DNA of 64,000 nt from an uncultured cyanobacterium (lineage in GTDB: Bacteria; Cyanobacteriota; Cyanobacteriia; Pseudanabaenales; Pseudanabaenaceae): contig OY969811.1 of assembly GCA_963703315.1 (NCBI GenBank), forward strand, positions 3,776,001-3,840,000, written 5' to 3'. The notes beneath the pieces are model-generated. The model ran no database searches, was not told the origin of the DNA, and worked only from the letters and a program-made list of their open reading frames with translations. This document shows positions 49,770 to 58,962 of the stretch, piece by piece; position 1 is the first letter of the stretch, and each line of letters starts with the position of its first letter. The position numbers and the translations under genes are program-made.

Positions 49770-50347
49770 TCGCCAATCTGGGACTCTGTGGCGCACATCG
49801 CACGGGCAAAACCACACTGGCGATCGCCCTCTCTTCTAATTTAAATATTCCCTTTGTCCGCACCACGACGAGCCAAGTTTTTGCTCAGCTTGGATTAGAT
49901 CCCGCCGAGCCAATGGATTTTACAACAAGGCTATATGTCCAAAATCACGTCTTAGAAGCAGCCGAACAGGTTTGGCAAGATGCATCAACACCATTTATTA
50001 GCGATCGCACTCCTATCGATATGATCGCCTACACCCTCGGTGATATTCAGGGCAAAACTGATGTAGATTTCAACTTACTTAGTCAATATATGGAGCGCTG
50101 TTTTACAAGTACCAACCAATTTTTTCAAAATCTAGCGATTATTCAACCGGGTATCCCACTTGTCTATGAACAGGGTAAAGCCGCATTAAATGCCGCCTAC
50201 ATTGAGCATATTAATGTGTTAGTAGCTGGGCTTTGTAGGGATTCACGTCTCAAGGCTGATATATTCTGCAATCCCAGAGAGGCGATCGCGTTAGAAGTAA
50301 GAATCCTTAATATTTTAGAGCGATTCAAATACCTAAAAATTGGGTAA
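49766..50347 (+). CDS. P-loop NTPase (AAA_28 / nucleotide-kinase-like)
   Basis: GAHRTGKTT Walker A; ISDRTPID. Confidence 0.8.
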   Translation: MIANLGLCGAHRTGKTTLAIALSSNLNIPFVRTTTSQVFAQLGLDPAEPMDFTTRLYVQNHVLEAAEQVWQDASTPFISDRTPIDMIAYTLGDIQGKTDVDFNLLSQYMERCFTSTNQFFQNLAIIQPGIPLVYEQGKAALNAAYIEHINVLVAGLCRDSRLKADIFCNPREAIALEVRILNILERFKYLKIG

Positions 50348-50393
50348 CTTGATCCAAGGACAAGGGGTAAAAGTTAGTCATAGGTACGGGACA

Positions 50394-50957
50394 GTGAACT
50401 GCAAAAATCTAGAAATAATCATAAGTTTATGGCTGCGCGATCGCCGTTTTAGCAAAGCTCAAAGCTTAGATAAGCAAGGTTTTACCCTAATCGAGTTGCT
50501 AGTGGTGATCATTATTATTGGCATTTTGGCAGCGATCGCCCTACCCTCATTTCTTAATCAAGCTAATAAGGCAAGATTTGCGGAAGCAAAGTCATATATT
50601 GGCACAATGAGCCGCCTCCAACAAGTTTATTATCTGGAGAAAATGACCTTTGCTGATGCTATTACTAAGCTAAACTTGGGAGTAAATACGGCTTCAGCTA
50701 ATTTCACTTATTCTGTGGTTACAGGAGATGTTAATGGCAATACTACTCCAGTTCAATTGAACCAAATCGTGACTAATGTTGCAGTACCTTCAGCACCAAG
50801 CTTAAAATCTTTTGTCGGAGTTGTTGGCATACCTGGGGTAGTCAGAATAGATACAGTATTTTGTATTGCAAATTCTCCAAGTATTCCCATCACTCCTGGA
50901 CGATTGGATGCGGCTGCTCAAACGATGAGATGCCCTAATAGTTTTTCTCTCGAATAA
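50394..50957 (+). CDS. Type IV pilin-like protein
   Basis: Prepilin cleavage site QG/FTLIELLVV; GTG at 50394 preferred over TTG at 50340. Confidence 0.9.
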   Translation: MNCKNLEIIISLWLRDRRFSKAQSLDKQGFTLIELLVVIIIIGILAAIALPSFLNQANKARFAEAKSYIGTMSRLQQVYYLEKMTFADAITKLNLGVNTASANFTYSVVTGDVNGNTTPVQLNQIVTNVAVPSAPSLKSFVGVVGIPGVVRIDTVFCIANSPSIPITPGRLDAAAQTMRCPNSFSLE

Positions 50958-50969
50958 AACTAAATTTTA

Positions 50970-51026
50970 CTAAAAGCCAAAAAGTGAGGGTATCACAGTA
51001 TGATACCCTCACTTTTTGGCTTTTAG
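50970..51026. terminator. Perfect 26-bp-arm hairpin between the pilin genes
   Basis: CTAAAAGCCAAAAAGTGAGGGTATCA-CAGTA-TGATACCCTCACTTTTTGGCTTTTAG. Confidence 0.7.
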
Positions 51027-51074
51027 CTATTCAAAAAATTTTTTGTTCTGAATGATATCATCCTGTTTTTTTGT

Positions 51075-51081
51075 GGGTAAG
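51075..51081 (+). promoter_or_regulatory. SigF-type promoter element GGGTAAG
   Basis: Matches the SigF element known from cyanobacterial pilA promoters, 55 nt before the ATG; a similar GGGTAAC at 50342 precedes the first pilin. Confidence 0.6.
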
Positions 51082-51135
51082 TTACTTTCACAACCAAACG
51101 ATAAACGTTCTTGACATACACGGGATTAAAGAATT

Positions 51136-51723
51136 ATGAAATCTGAATTCAAGACTAAGCTCATTCAACACATTCTCAACAAGAAAAATGGTGAAAAAGG
51201 TTTCACCTTGATCGAACTTCTCGTTGTTATCATCATCATCGGTATTCTTGCAGCGATCGCTCTTCCTTCCTTCTTGAACCAAGCATCTAAAGCTCGCCAA
51301 TCTGAAGCCAAAACCTATACTGGTTCAGCAAACCGTTCTCAACAAGCCTACTACCTAGAGAAGCAACAATTTGCTCCTGACCTTCCTGCTTTGGCTCTAG
51401 GTATTGCTGGAACTACAGATAACTATGCATATGCTACTACTGGTTCTAGTAAAGGTGCAACATTGACTAACGCCAATGCCTTTAGCCTTGCTAGCCCAAG
51501 AGCTACAAACCTGAAAGGTTATGTTGGTGCTGTAAGTGTGTCTACTCCTGCTGGTAGTAATGAAGCTACAACTTTAGCCACTTTGGGAGAAGCTTCACTT
51601 GCTTCAGTTAACGGAGGCAACGCTGTTGCGACCAACCTTGCTATCACTGATGCATTTACCATTTCCACTACTCAAGCTCCAGCAGTTGTTACTGGTAACT
51701 CTGGATTTGTTGCGGTTAACTAA
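51136..51723 (+). CDS. pilA: Major type IV pilin
   Basis: MKSEFKTKLIQHIL..EKG/FTLIELLVVIIIIGILAAIALPSFLNQ, SEAK, NRSQQAYY; Ser/Thr-rich body. Confidence 0.92.
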   Translation: MKSEFKTKLIQHILNKKNGEKGFTLIELLVVIIIIGILAAIALPSFLNQASKARQSEAKTYTGSANRSQQAYYLEKQQFAPDLPALALGIAGTTDNYAYATTGSSKGATLTNANAFSLASPRATNLKGYVGAVSVSTPAGSNEATTLATLGEASLASVNGGNAVATNLAITDAFTISTTQAPAVVTGNSGFVAVN

Positions 51724-51863
51724 TAATTTAAAGCTCGATTGTGACTTTGCAGTGTCAAGCTTTAAATTAAAAGCAACTTAAACTAAATAAATAGTTAAGC
51801 TTTAGAAAGAGGGTGGGTAAATTACCTACCCTCTTTTAATATATCTATCTTAAATTTAATTTT

Positions 51864-54800
51864 ATGAGTAATTTCATGAGTGATAAAAATTCTTTGGTTA
51901 AAACAAATAATCTATTAGAATTACAAGAACAAGCCTATAGTCTACTCATAGAAAATAAATATCTTGAAGCTATCCATCTCTACGAGCAAATTATCCACTT
52001 AGAACCTACATCCAAAACTAATTATTGGTATCTAGGGATTTCGCAACTATTACAAGAACAAGAGGATGAAGCTCAGATGACATGGCTACTAGCAATAGAG
52101 GATGGTGAACTAGAGCAAGTTGAGCAGTGGACTGAAGAGCTATGTCAACTTCTAGATCAAGAAGCTCAAAGAAAAGAAAATTTAGAAGCTTTTCAAGAAG
52201 CTATTACCATTCGCTATAGTCTTATTGAGGTCAATCCTTATAGCTTAGCTAATCTTGTCACAATCATTTTACTGGAGACTAAACTCAAGATATTTACATC
52301 AGAGAAATTAGTCAATCTTGGTATTATTGATTTACTAGATTCAGACGAATTTATTCCCATTGAATCAGAACTTTTATTAGATTTACTAATACAAATACTC
52401 ACTTTTACACAACCTGATCCAACAACCCTCAAATTTGTTGAAGATATCTGTCTATGTCATATTCAGCATAAAGCCGAAATCATTGAGCAATTACTTCGTA
52501 TTAGTGGAAACTTTACTAATAACAAGGATTTTGCAATCAAAATATTGGAGATGGGGTTACGAATAGACCCACAGAATGCAGAAATATTTCTATATCTCAT
52601 TGACTTTCATTATCAAGACGATCCTGAAAGGTGTATAAAAATTGCTAGAGAATTCTATAATTTAGCAGTCAATGGTGGTAGAGCGATTGACAAAGTTCTT
52701 GCCAGTCAGTGGCTAATCAAGGCACTTATTTATAACTGTGACAATTGGGAAGAAACTACCAAAATTCATCAAGAATGTAATCAGTACTTCTGGGACTTAG
52801 TTAATAGTGATCCCAATGATTTATCTCTAAAGGAAGCAAATTATTATCTACAGGTTACAGGCTACTACGCACCATATTTTAGCGATCGCCCCCAAGAAGC
52901 TCATACAATTAGACAAGCAGTACGTCAGTTTGCTTATGCAAAAGTTTATGAACTCAAGCAAGAACATATTGAGAATTGTAAAAAGCGCTTAGCAATTAGA
53001 AAGAGAATTCATAATCCTAATCAACCACTCAAAATCGGTTATATGTCTAACTTCTTAAGGAGACATTCTATCGGTTTTTTAGCGCGATGGTTAATTCAGT
53101 ATCATGATCGCGATCGCTTTGAACTATATGGTTATTTAGGCAATTATCAAGAAAATGATGCTCTACAAGTGTGGTTTACTAAACAATTTCATAAGGTCTA
53201 TCATGAGAAATCCTATCATCCCATAGATCTTGCCACTCAAATTCATCAAGATGGCATTGATATCCTCATCGATTTAGATAGTATTACCACTGCTTTTACG
53301 TCTGGAGTTCTAGCTTTTAAGCCTGCCCCTATACAAGTTACATGGTTGGGTTGGGATGCTGTAGGGCAACCAACAGTTGACTATTTTATTGCTGATCCCT
53401 ACGTTTTAGCTGAATCAGCCCAGGAATATTACACTGAAAAAATTTGGCGCTTGCCTAATACCTATCTCGCTGTCGATGGATTTGAGACAATTGCACCAAC
53501 TATTCGTAGAGATTTGCTGAATATTCCTAATGATGCAGTGGTTTATCTCAGTTCTCAATCTGCTATGAAGCGGCATCCCGATACTATTCGTTTGCAAATA
53601 CGAATTATTAAATTAGTTCCTAATAGTTATTTATTACTTAAAGGTTTCGGCAATCTAACTTCCTTAAAGGAATTCTTCTATCAAATTGCTGAATCAGAAG
53701 GTGTAAGTACTGAGCGACTAGTCTTTTTACCCTATGCTAATGGTGAGGCTGAGCATCGTGCTAACTTAACAATTGCTGATGTGGTACTAGATACCTATCC
53801 CTATAATGGTGCTACTCACACAATGGAAACTCTCTGGATGGGAGTACCGATGGTAACTAGAGTTGGCGAACAGTTTGTGGCGCGGAATAGCTATGGCATG
53901 ATGATTAATGCGGGCATTACCGAAGGAATTGCATGGACAGATGAAGAATATGTGCAATGGGGAGTGAAATTAGGTACTGATGCCAATCTCCGTCAGCAAG
54001 TTGCGTGGAAACTCCGTCAAGGTCGCCAAACTGCACCACTTTGGAATTCTCGCAAATTCACTCAGGAAATGGAAAATGCCTATGAGCAAATGTGGGCAAA
54101 ATATTTAGAATCAAACGAAGATATAGAATTAGATCGTGAGAGCGATCGCGCCCTATTTATTGCTGAAGCAGAACTTCAAAATACTCAAGGTATTCAGTTT
54201 GCTCAACAAGATAAACTAGAAGCCTCAATTGCAGCTTTTCAAACTGCTATATCTTTGCATTCTGATTATGCCGATGCTTACTATAACTTGGGCATTGCTC
54301 TAAGTGAAACAGAAGAACTTGACCAAGCCGTAGCCAACTTCCAAACAACTATTGATTTAAATCCAAATAATGCAAATGCTCTATACAATCTCGGCTTAAC
54401 GTTAGTTAAGTTAGGAAAAATAGATGAAGCGATCGCCTTCTACGCTCAAGCCCTTGTTCTTACCCCAGATGATATAGAAATGCATCTTGCATTAGGAAAT
54501 GCCCTATTTGCCCAGAATAAATGGGAATCTGCAATGAAATCATATCAGTTAGCACTGACGATTGATCCTAACTGTGCATCTGTCCATTGCAGTATTGGGG
54601 CAGTTCTTTCTGAGCAAGGATATTTAGAACAGGCAATTTTATCTTTGCAATCAGCACTTGATTTAGATCCCAATGACGCTCAAGCTTATAGTAATCTGGG
54701 TCATGTCTTCAGCAAATCTAATCAAGTTAATGAAGCTGCTGATTGCTATATGAAAGCGTTACAACTTAACCCAGAACTTGGTAATGCTTATTGGAACTTT

Positions 54801-56369
54801 AACAACGATATACTGGCTAATATTGAAAATCCTCTCAACAAGAACTATAAATTGAGACGGCAGCTAGCTGATCAATTTGTTGATACCTGTGGCAAAACAG
54901 ATAAAATCCGATCTCTAGTCAATTTTATTATTAACTACACTTACGCAGGACTTAGCCATGATGTCATACCTCAACTTGAAGATTTAGAAAAATATATCTT
55001 TGATCATAGCGATCGCCTTTCTAATATAGAAGTTCAAGTTCTTTACAACAATTTCTCCTTTATCATTTCTAGCCTAAGAGATGAGCCAGTCCTAAATAGC
55101 CATCTCTTTAAGCTAATTGGTCAACTCTATGTTGAAAAAGTAATTAAGTCTAAACTGGCGATAGATGCTATCGACACGCAACCCCTTAATCCGCAAAAAA
55201 CTAGTTCATCTCTAGAGCCAAAACTGCTAAAAATTGGATTTCTATCACCGAATTTTGGTAGGCATCCTGTAGGTTGGTGTAGCCTTGATGTAATTCGTGA
55301 ATTAAGTAAACTCACACCACATATTTATCTCTATAGTACGGCTGAATTGAAACCCGATGATCGCACCAAATTATTTGAACAAGTAGCGGCAAAGTTTTAT
55401 TGGCATGAAAAAAGTACTCTCACTAAAAATGAGAATACCTTTGAATCTAGGCTCTCGCAGGTTGTTGCCGAAGTATCTCAAGATAATTTAGATGTCTTGA
55501 TAGATTTAGATTCTCTAACAATCCCGATGAATATTCATGTGCTATATCGTCAACTAGCACCCATTTGTATCTCTTGGTTAGGTTTTGACGCACCCTTTGT
55601 TTCTTCTGAAAACTATTGGTTCGGAGACTGGTATACACACCCATCTACATCTGATCAAAATTATATAGAAAAAATAGTCAGATTACCTGACTCTCACATG
55701 GCGATCACGGGCTTTGAATGTGTGCCAATAGATAGAAATAGTCAGCGAGAGCAGTTAGGAATCGCATCAGAACAAGTGGCTTATTTGTTTGCTGCACCAG
55801 GTCGTAAATTTAATCATGACACGGCTAAAGCTTGTATCCAAATTCTCAAAGATGTTCCTAATAGTGTTTTACTGCATAAAGGAACTGGAGATTTAGAAGT
55901 AATTCAATCTATCTATTACAGCGAATGTAATTCTCAAGGAGTTGATTGTAGTCGGGTTAAATTCTTGCCTAGTTATAAAACTGAAGAAGAACATAGATCT
56001 GCTTATTTGATAGCCGATATTTTTCTTGATTCCTATCCATACAATGGTGGCAGTCATAATCTAGAAGCATTATGGTTTGAATTGCCAGTTGTGACTAGAG
56101 TTGGCAATCAGTCCTTTGCAAGAATGGGCTACTCTTTTTTACAGGCTGTTGGCATTAACGAAGGTATTGCTAACAGTTGGGAAGAATATATTGAATGGGC
56201 AGTAAAGTTGGGTATAGATGCAATTTTGAGGAACTCTGTTAAAGAGAGGTTAGTCCGAGCTAAACAAGCTGACACATTATCCCCTCTATGGAATCCTCGT
56301 AAACTAGCAAATGATATGTATGATTTGCTGCAAAACCTATTATTGCAAAATTTATCAACCAAATTATAG
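51864..56369 (+). CDS. SPINDLY/O-GlcNAc transferase family protein with two GT41 catalytic modules and central TPRs
   Basis: Two sets of LKIG(Y/F).S..(R)H..G, D.LIDLDS, WLG.D and LD(T/S)YPYNG..E.LW..P.VTRVG motifs. Confidence 0.9.
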   Translation: MSNFMSDKNSLVKTNNLLELQEQAYSLLIENKYLEAIHLYEQIIHLEPTSKTNYWYLGISQLLQEQEDEAQMTWLLAIEDGELEQVEQWTEELCQLLDQEAQRKENLEAFQEAITIRYSLIEVNPYSLANLVTIILLETKLKIFTSEKLVNLGIIDLLDSDEFIPIESELLLDLLIQILTFTQPDPTTLKFVEDICLCHIQHKAEIIEQLLRISGNFTNNKDFAIKILEMGLRIDPQNAEIFLYLIDFHYQDDPERCIKIAREFYNLAVNGGRAIDKVLASQWLIKALIYNCDNWEETTKIHQECNQYFWDLVNSDPNDLSLKEANYYLQVTGYYAPYFSDRPQEAHTIRQAVRQFAYAKVYELKQEHIENCKKRLAIRKRIHNPNQPLKIGYMSNFLRRHSIGFLARWLIQYHDRDRFELYGYLGNYQENDALQVWFTKQFHKVYHEKSYHPIDLATQIHQDGIDILIDLDSITTAFTSGVLAFKPAPIQVTWLGWDAVGQPTVDYFIADPYVLAESAQEYYTEKIWRLPNTYLAVDGFETIAPTIRRDLLNIPNDAVVYLSSQSAMKRHPDTIRLQIRIIKLVPNSYLLLKGFGNLTSLKEFFYQIAESEGVSTERLVFLPYANGEAEHRANLTIADVVLDTYPYNGATHTMETLWMGVPMVTRVGEQFVARNSYGMMINAGITEGIAWTDEEYVQWGVKLGTDANLRQQVAWKLRQGRQTAPLWNSRKFTQEMENAYEQMWAKYLESNEDIELDRESDRALFIAEAELQNTQGIQFAQQDKLEASIAAFQTAISLHSDYADAYYNLGIALSETEELDQAVANFQTTIDLNPNNANALYNLGLTLVKLGKIDEAIAFYAQALVLTPDDIEMHLALGNALFAQNKWESAMKSYQLALTIDPNCASVHCSIGAVLSEQGYLEQAILSLQSALDLDPNDAQAYSNLGHVFSKSNQVNEAADCYMKALQLNPELGNAYWNFNNDILANIENPLNKNYKLRRQLADQFVDTCGKTDKIRSLVNFIINYTYAGLSHDVIPQLEDLEKYIFDHSDRLSNIEVQVLYNNFSFIISSLRDEPVLNSHLFKLIGQLYVEKVIKSKLAIDAIDTQPLNPQKTSSSLEPKLLKIGFLSPNFGRHPVGWCSLDVIRELSKLTPHIYLYSTAELKPDDRTKLFEQVAAKFYWHEKSTLTKNENTFESRLSQVVAEVSQDNLDVLIDLDSLTIPMNIHVLYRQLAPICISWLGFDAPFVSSENYWFGDWYTHPSTSDQNYIEKIVRLPDSHMAITGFECVPIDRNSQREQLGIASEQVAYLFAAPGRKFNHDTAKACIQILKDVPNSVLLHKGTGDLEVIQSIYYSECNSQGVDCSRVKFLPSYKTEEEHRSAYLIADIFLDSYPYNGGSHNLEALWFELPVVTRVGNQSFARMGYSFLQAVGINEGIANSWEEYIEWAVKLGIDAILRNSVKERLVRAKQADTLSPLWNPRKLANDMYDLLQNLLLQNLSTKL

Positions 56370-56428
56370 AGATTTCCATTTAGGAACAACAAGTGGCTTA
56401 AGCCACTTGTTCATTAGATTGCTAGTTA

Positions 56429-57013
56429 TCATGGATTTCTAATTAAGAAAACTACATCAAATTCATATTCCCAATTGAAGTGACGATAACAAGTGAATTT
56501 ATGAAAGATATTTAGAATATCCTGTAGCTTGAAATCATACAAATGGTATGGATTATAGTGTGTAGTCTTTTTAGAAGGATAAGTCAAGATAACATGATTG
56601 ATATTATTGCGATCGCAAAAATCAGGTAATATGTCTCGATCTTCTATATGCTCAATTGTTTCTACTGAAAATAGCATATCAATTTTTTGATTAGATACCC
56701 ATTCTCCAATATTGACATTAAAGAATTTTGTCTTGCTACTTTCATACTCTTTTTGAGCAAAAGAAATAATATCTGTATTAGTATCTAGACCGATTACAGA
56801 AGTGACATCAGGATTAGTAGACAATAAATAGCTTCCATATCCACAACCACAAGCCGCATCACAAACAACACCCTTAGCAAATTGTCTTAGCAAAGCATAC
56901 CGCTCAACATGTCGTTGTATCCGAATCCTCTGCTCTATTTCTAGCAGTTGATCGCGACCTAAATAAATATGCTGTTCAGCTTTTTTGTCATCATTAGATA
57001 AAGGAGAAGTCAT
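56429..57013 (-). CDS. Class I SAM-dependent methyltransferase
   Basis: HVERY, DAACGCGYG, ETIEHI, NPYH. Confidence 0.85.
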   Translation of the reverse strand: MTSPLSNDDKKAEQHIYLGRDQLLEIEQRIRIQRHVERYALLRQFAKGVVCDAACGCGYGSYLLSTNPDVTSVIGLDTNTDIISFAQKEYESSKTKFFNVNIGEWVSNQKIDMLFSVETIEHIEDRDILPDFCDRNNINHVILTYPSKKTTHYNPYHLYDFKLQDILNIFHKFTCYRHFNWEYEFDVVFLIRNP

Positions 57014-57029
57014 TTATTTTTTAGTATTT

Positions 57030-58115
57030 CTAAACTCTATTTTTCAGTTTACGGATTTCAATATCTTCTAATATACTATTCCAAATTTTATCAAATATAT
57101 GTTCCCAGTTATGATCTCTAAAGACTTGTTCCCTTAAAAGCTTACTACGACTCAAGAGTTCATCTTCTGATAAATTTAAAGCCCATTCAATAATCTTGTG
57201 ATTTTCAACAGGATCATGGGTTAAGTAAATAGCATGAGGACTAGAAAAGCCACTTTCAGGAGTAATCAGTGGAATCAATCCCCTAGCACAATTTTCTAAA
57301 ATGGTTGTAGCCTGTGCATCCATAGTCGCAGTATGAATATAAAAGTCACAGTTTTCGATTATCCAAGCATTAGTTTCAGGGTCATTATTATTAATATTTC
57401 CAAGAAAGTTAAAGAAGAATTTTTCACCTTCTACATCTGTATGTACCATTCCTACAGGTGCTTGAATAGCTGAAGTCGCGACATGCAGAATTGCCTCAAT
57501 ATTTATTAAGCTTTTGCATGTAATATCAAATCCCTTATACGATCCTAGGTGGCTAATATGGAGTATCTGGCGATCGCCAATGTTATTAAAACTCTTTTTA
57601 TAAGCAGAAAAATTTTGAGATGCAACGCCCATATTACAATGAACTAACTTATCTTTTACTGCAAATTGAATGGAATTATCATTTTTAATAAATGTACGCT
57701 CTATCCAAATCTTTCCACATAAGGCAAATATCTTTTTTGATTGTGTGAGTTGAGATTCAAGCCAAGGCATATTGGCTATCCACTCCCTAGGAAATTCAGG
57801 AACCCAAGGTGTTAGGATATATGTATTGGGATGAGATAAAGTATTTGTATATATTGCATTATCGTTAACCCAGTTTCTCAGCAACTTACCTCTGATTGGA
57901 TCTTGCAACCCGTTGCTGCCATCCCAAGTGAGATGCCCTAATAAAATATCATCAGGATTATCAGTTACTCTCCCAGCTAACCAACTCGATTGGTGGAAGG
58001 TAGTTTTTTTACCTAGATAATATTCCGCCCATTTCGCAATTTCTAAGTTACTCATCTCATAACTAGAGTAACTATTTTCATGTAATTGATAACCGCACCA
58101 CAAAAAATGTAGCAT
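57030..58115 (-). CDS. Putative GT4/GT-B glycosyltransferase
   Basis: SYKGFD, CDFYIHTA..DAQATTILE..ARG, C-terminal HNWE. Confidence 0.65.
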   Translation of the reverse strand: MLHFLWCGYQLHENSYSSYEMSNLEIAKWAEYYLGKKTTFHQSSWLAGRVTDNPDDILLGHLTWDGSNGLQDPIRGKLLRNWVNDNAIYTNTLSHPNTYILTPWVPEFPREWIANMPWLESQLTQSKKIFALCGKIWIERTFIKNDNSIQFAVKDKLVHCNMGVASQNFSAYKKSFNNIGDRQILHISHLGSYKGFDITCKSLINIEAILHVATSAIQAPVGMVHTDVEGEKFFFNFLGNINNNDPETNAWIIENCDFYIHTATMDAQATTILENCARGLIPLITPESGFSSPHAIYLTHDPVENHKIIEWALNLSEDELLSRSKLLREQVFRDHNWEHIFDKIWNSILEDIEIRKLKNRV

Positions 58116-58368
58116 TAGAATATAGTTTCTTTTTCTAGAGTGTTACTTGTTAGAGTATAGCCATGCTTATACTAAGACTTACGGAAAATAAGTAGATTAC
58201 ATTGCTAATATTATAGTTATGACTTAAGCAAAAGCAACTCACAACCTTTGTTTTAGCCTAGAGGTAGTTCATGAATTGCCAGTACATTTTGACATCTTGT
58301 GTAAGTCTTAATAGTATGACACATCTATAAACTATATTCAAAAAATTAAATTAAACCTAAATACAACT

Positions 58369-58887
58369 ATGAAACTACATATTGGTGGTCAAGAAGTTCA
58401 TCCTGATTGGAAAATTTTCGATGTTGAGAAGCGTCCTGAAGTTGATTATATTGGTAATGCTTCGGATTTAGGTCAATTTGAAGATGAGTCAATTGAGGCT
58501 ATTTATGCCAGTCATGTGCTTGAGCATTTTTATTATGGAATTGATAATGAGCTAGCTTTTACATTAGCTGAGTGGCATCGAGTTCTGAAACAGGACGGAC
58601 AGTTGATGATTAGTGTGCCTGATCTTAGAACTTTATGTTGGCTCTATGCTAAACCTGAAATAGGCATTCAAGAACGTTTTGGCATTATGAGAATGATGTT
58701 TGGTGGTCAGGTTAATCAATATGATGTTCATAAGGTGGGATTTGATTATGATCTTTTGTGTTACTACTTAGCAGAAGTTGGATTTACCGAATGCCAGAGA
58801 GTATCTGAGTTTAATTTATTCAAAGACTGTAGTACGTTACACGTATTTGGCAATCCAATTAGTCTTAATGTAGTTGCAACTAAATAA
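58369..58887 (+). CDS. Methyltransferase domain protein (type 11-like)
   Basis: MKLHIGG, IYASHVLEHF, EWHRVLK..G.LMISVPD. Confidence 0.85.
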   Translation: MKLHIGGQEVHPDWKIFDVEKRPEVDYIGNASDLGQFEDESIEAIYASHVLEHFYYGIDNELAFTLAEWHRVLKQDGQLMISVPDLRTLCWLYAKPEIGIQERFGIMRMMFGGQVNQYDVHKVGFDYDLLCYYLAEVGFTECQRVSEFNLFKDCSTLHVFGNPISLNVVATK

Positions 58888-58962
58888 TCCGTACTCTGCT
58901 GAGTAAAGCATTTAGAACTCAGCCATAAAAAAGCATCGCGATGCGATGCTTTTTTATGGTTG

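Noticed and set aside
45602..50347. Prophage
   Set aside because: GH19 and the P-loop gene are phage-like, but there are no integrase, terminase, capsid or tail genes and HIP1 density is host-like
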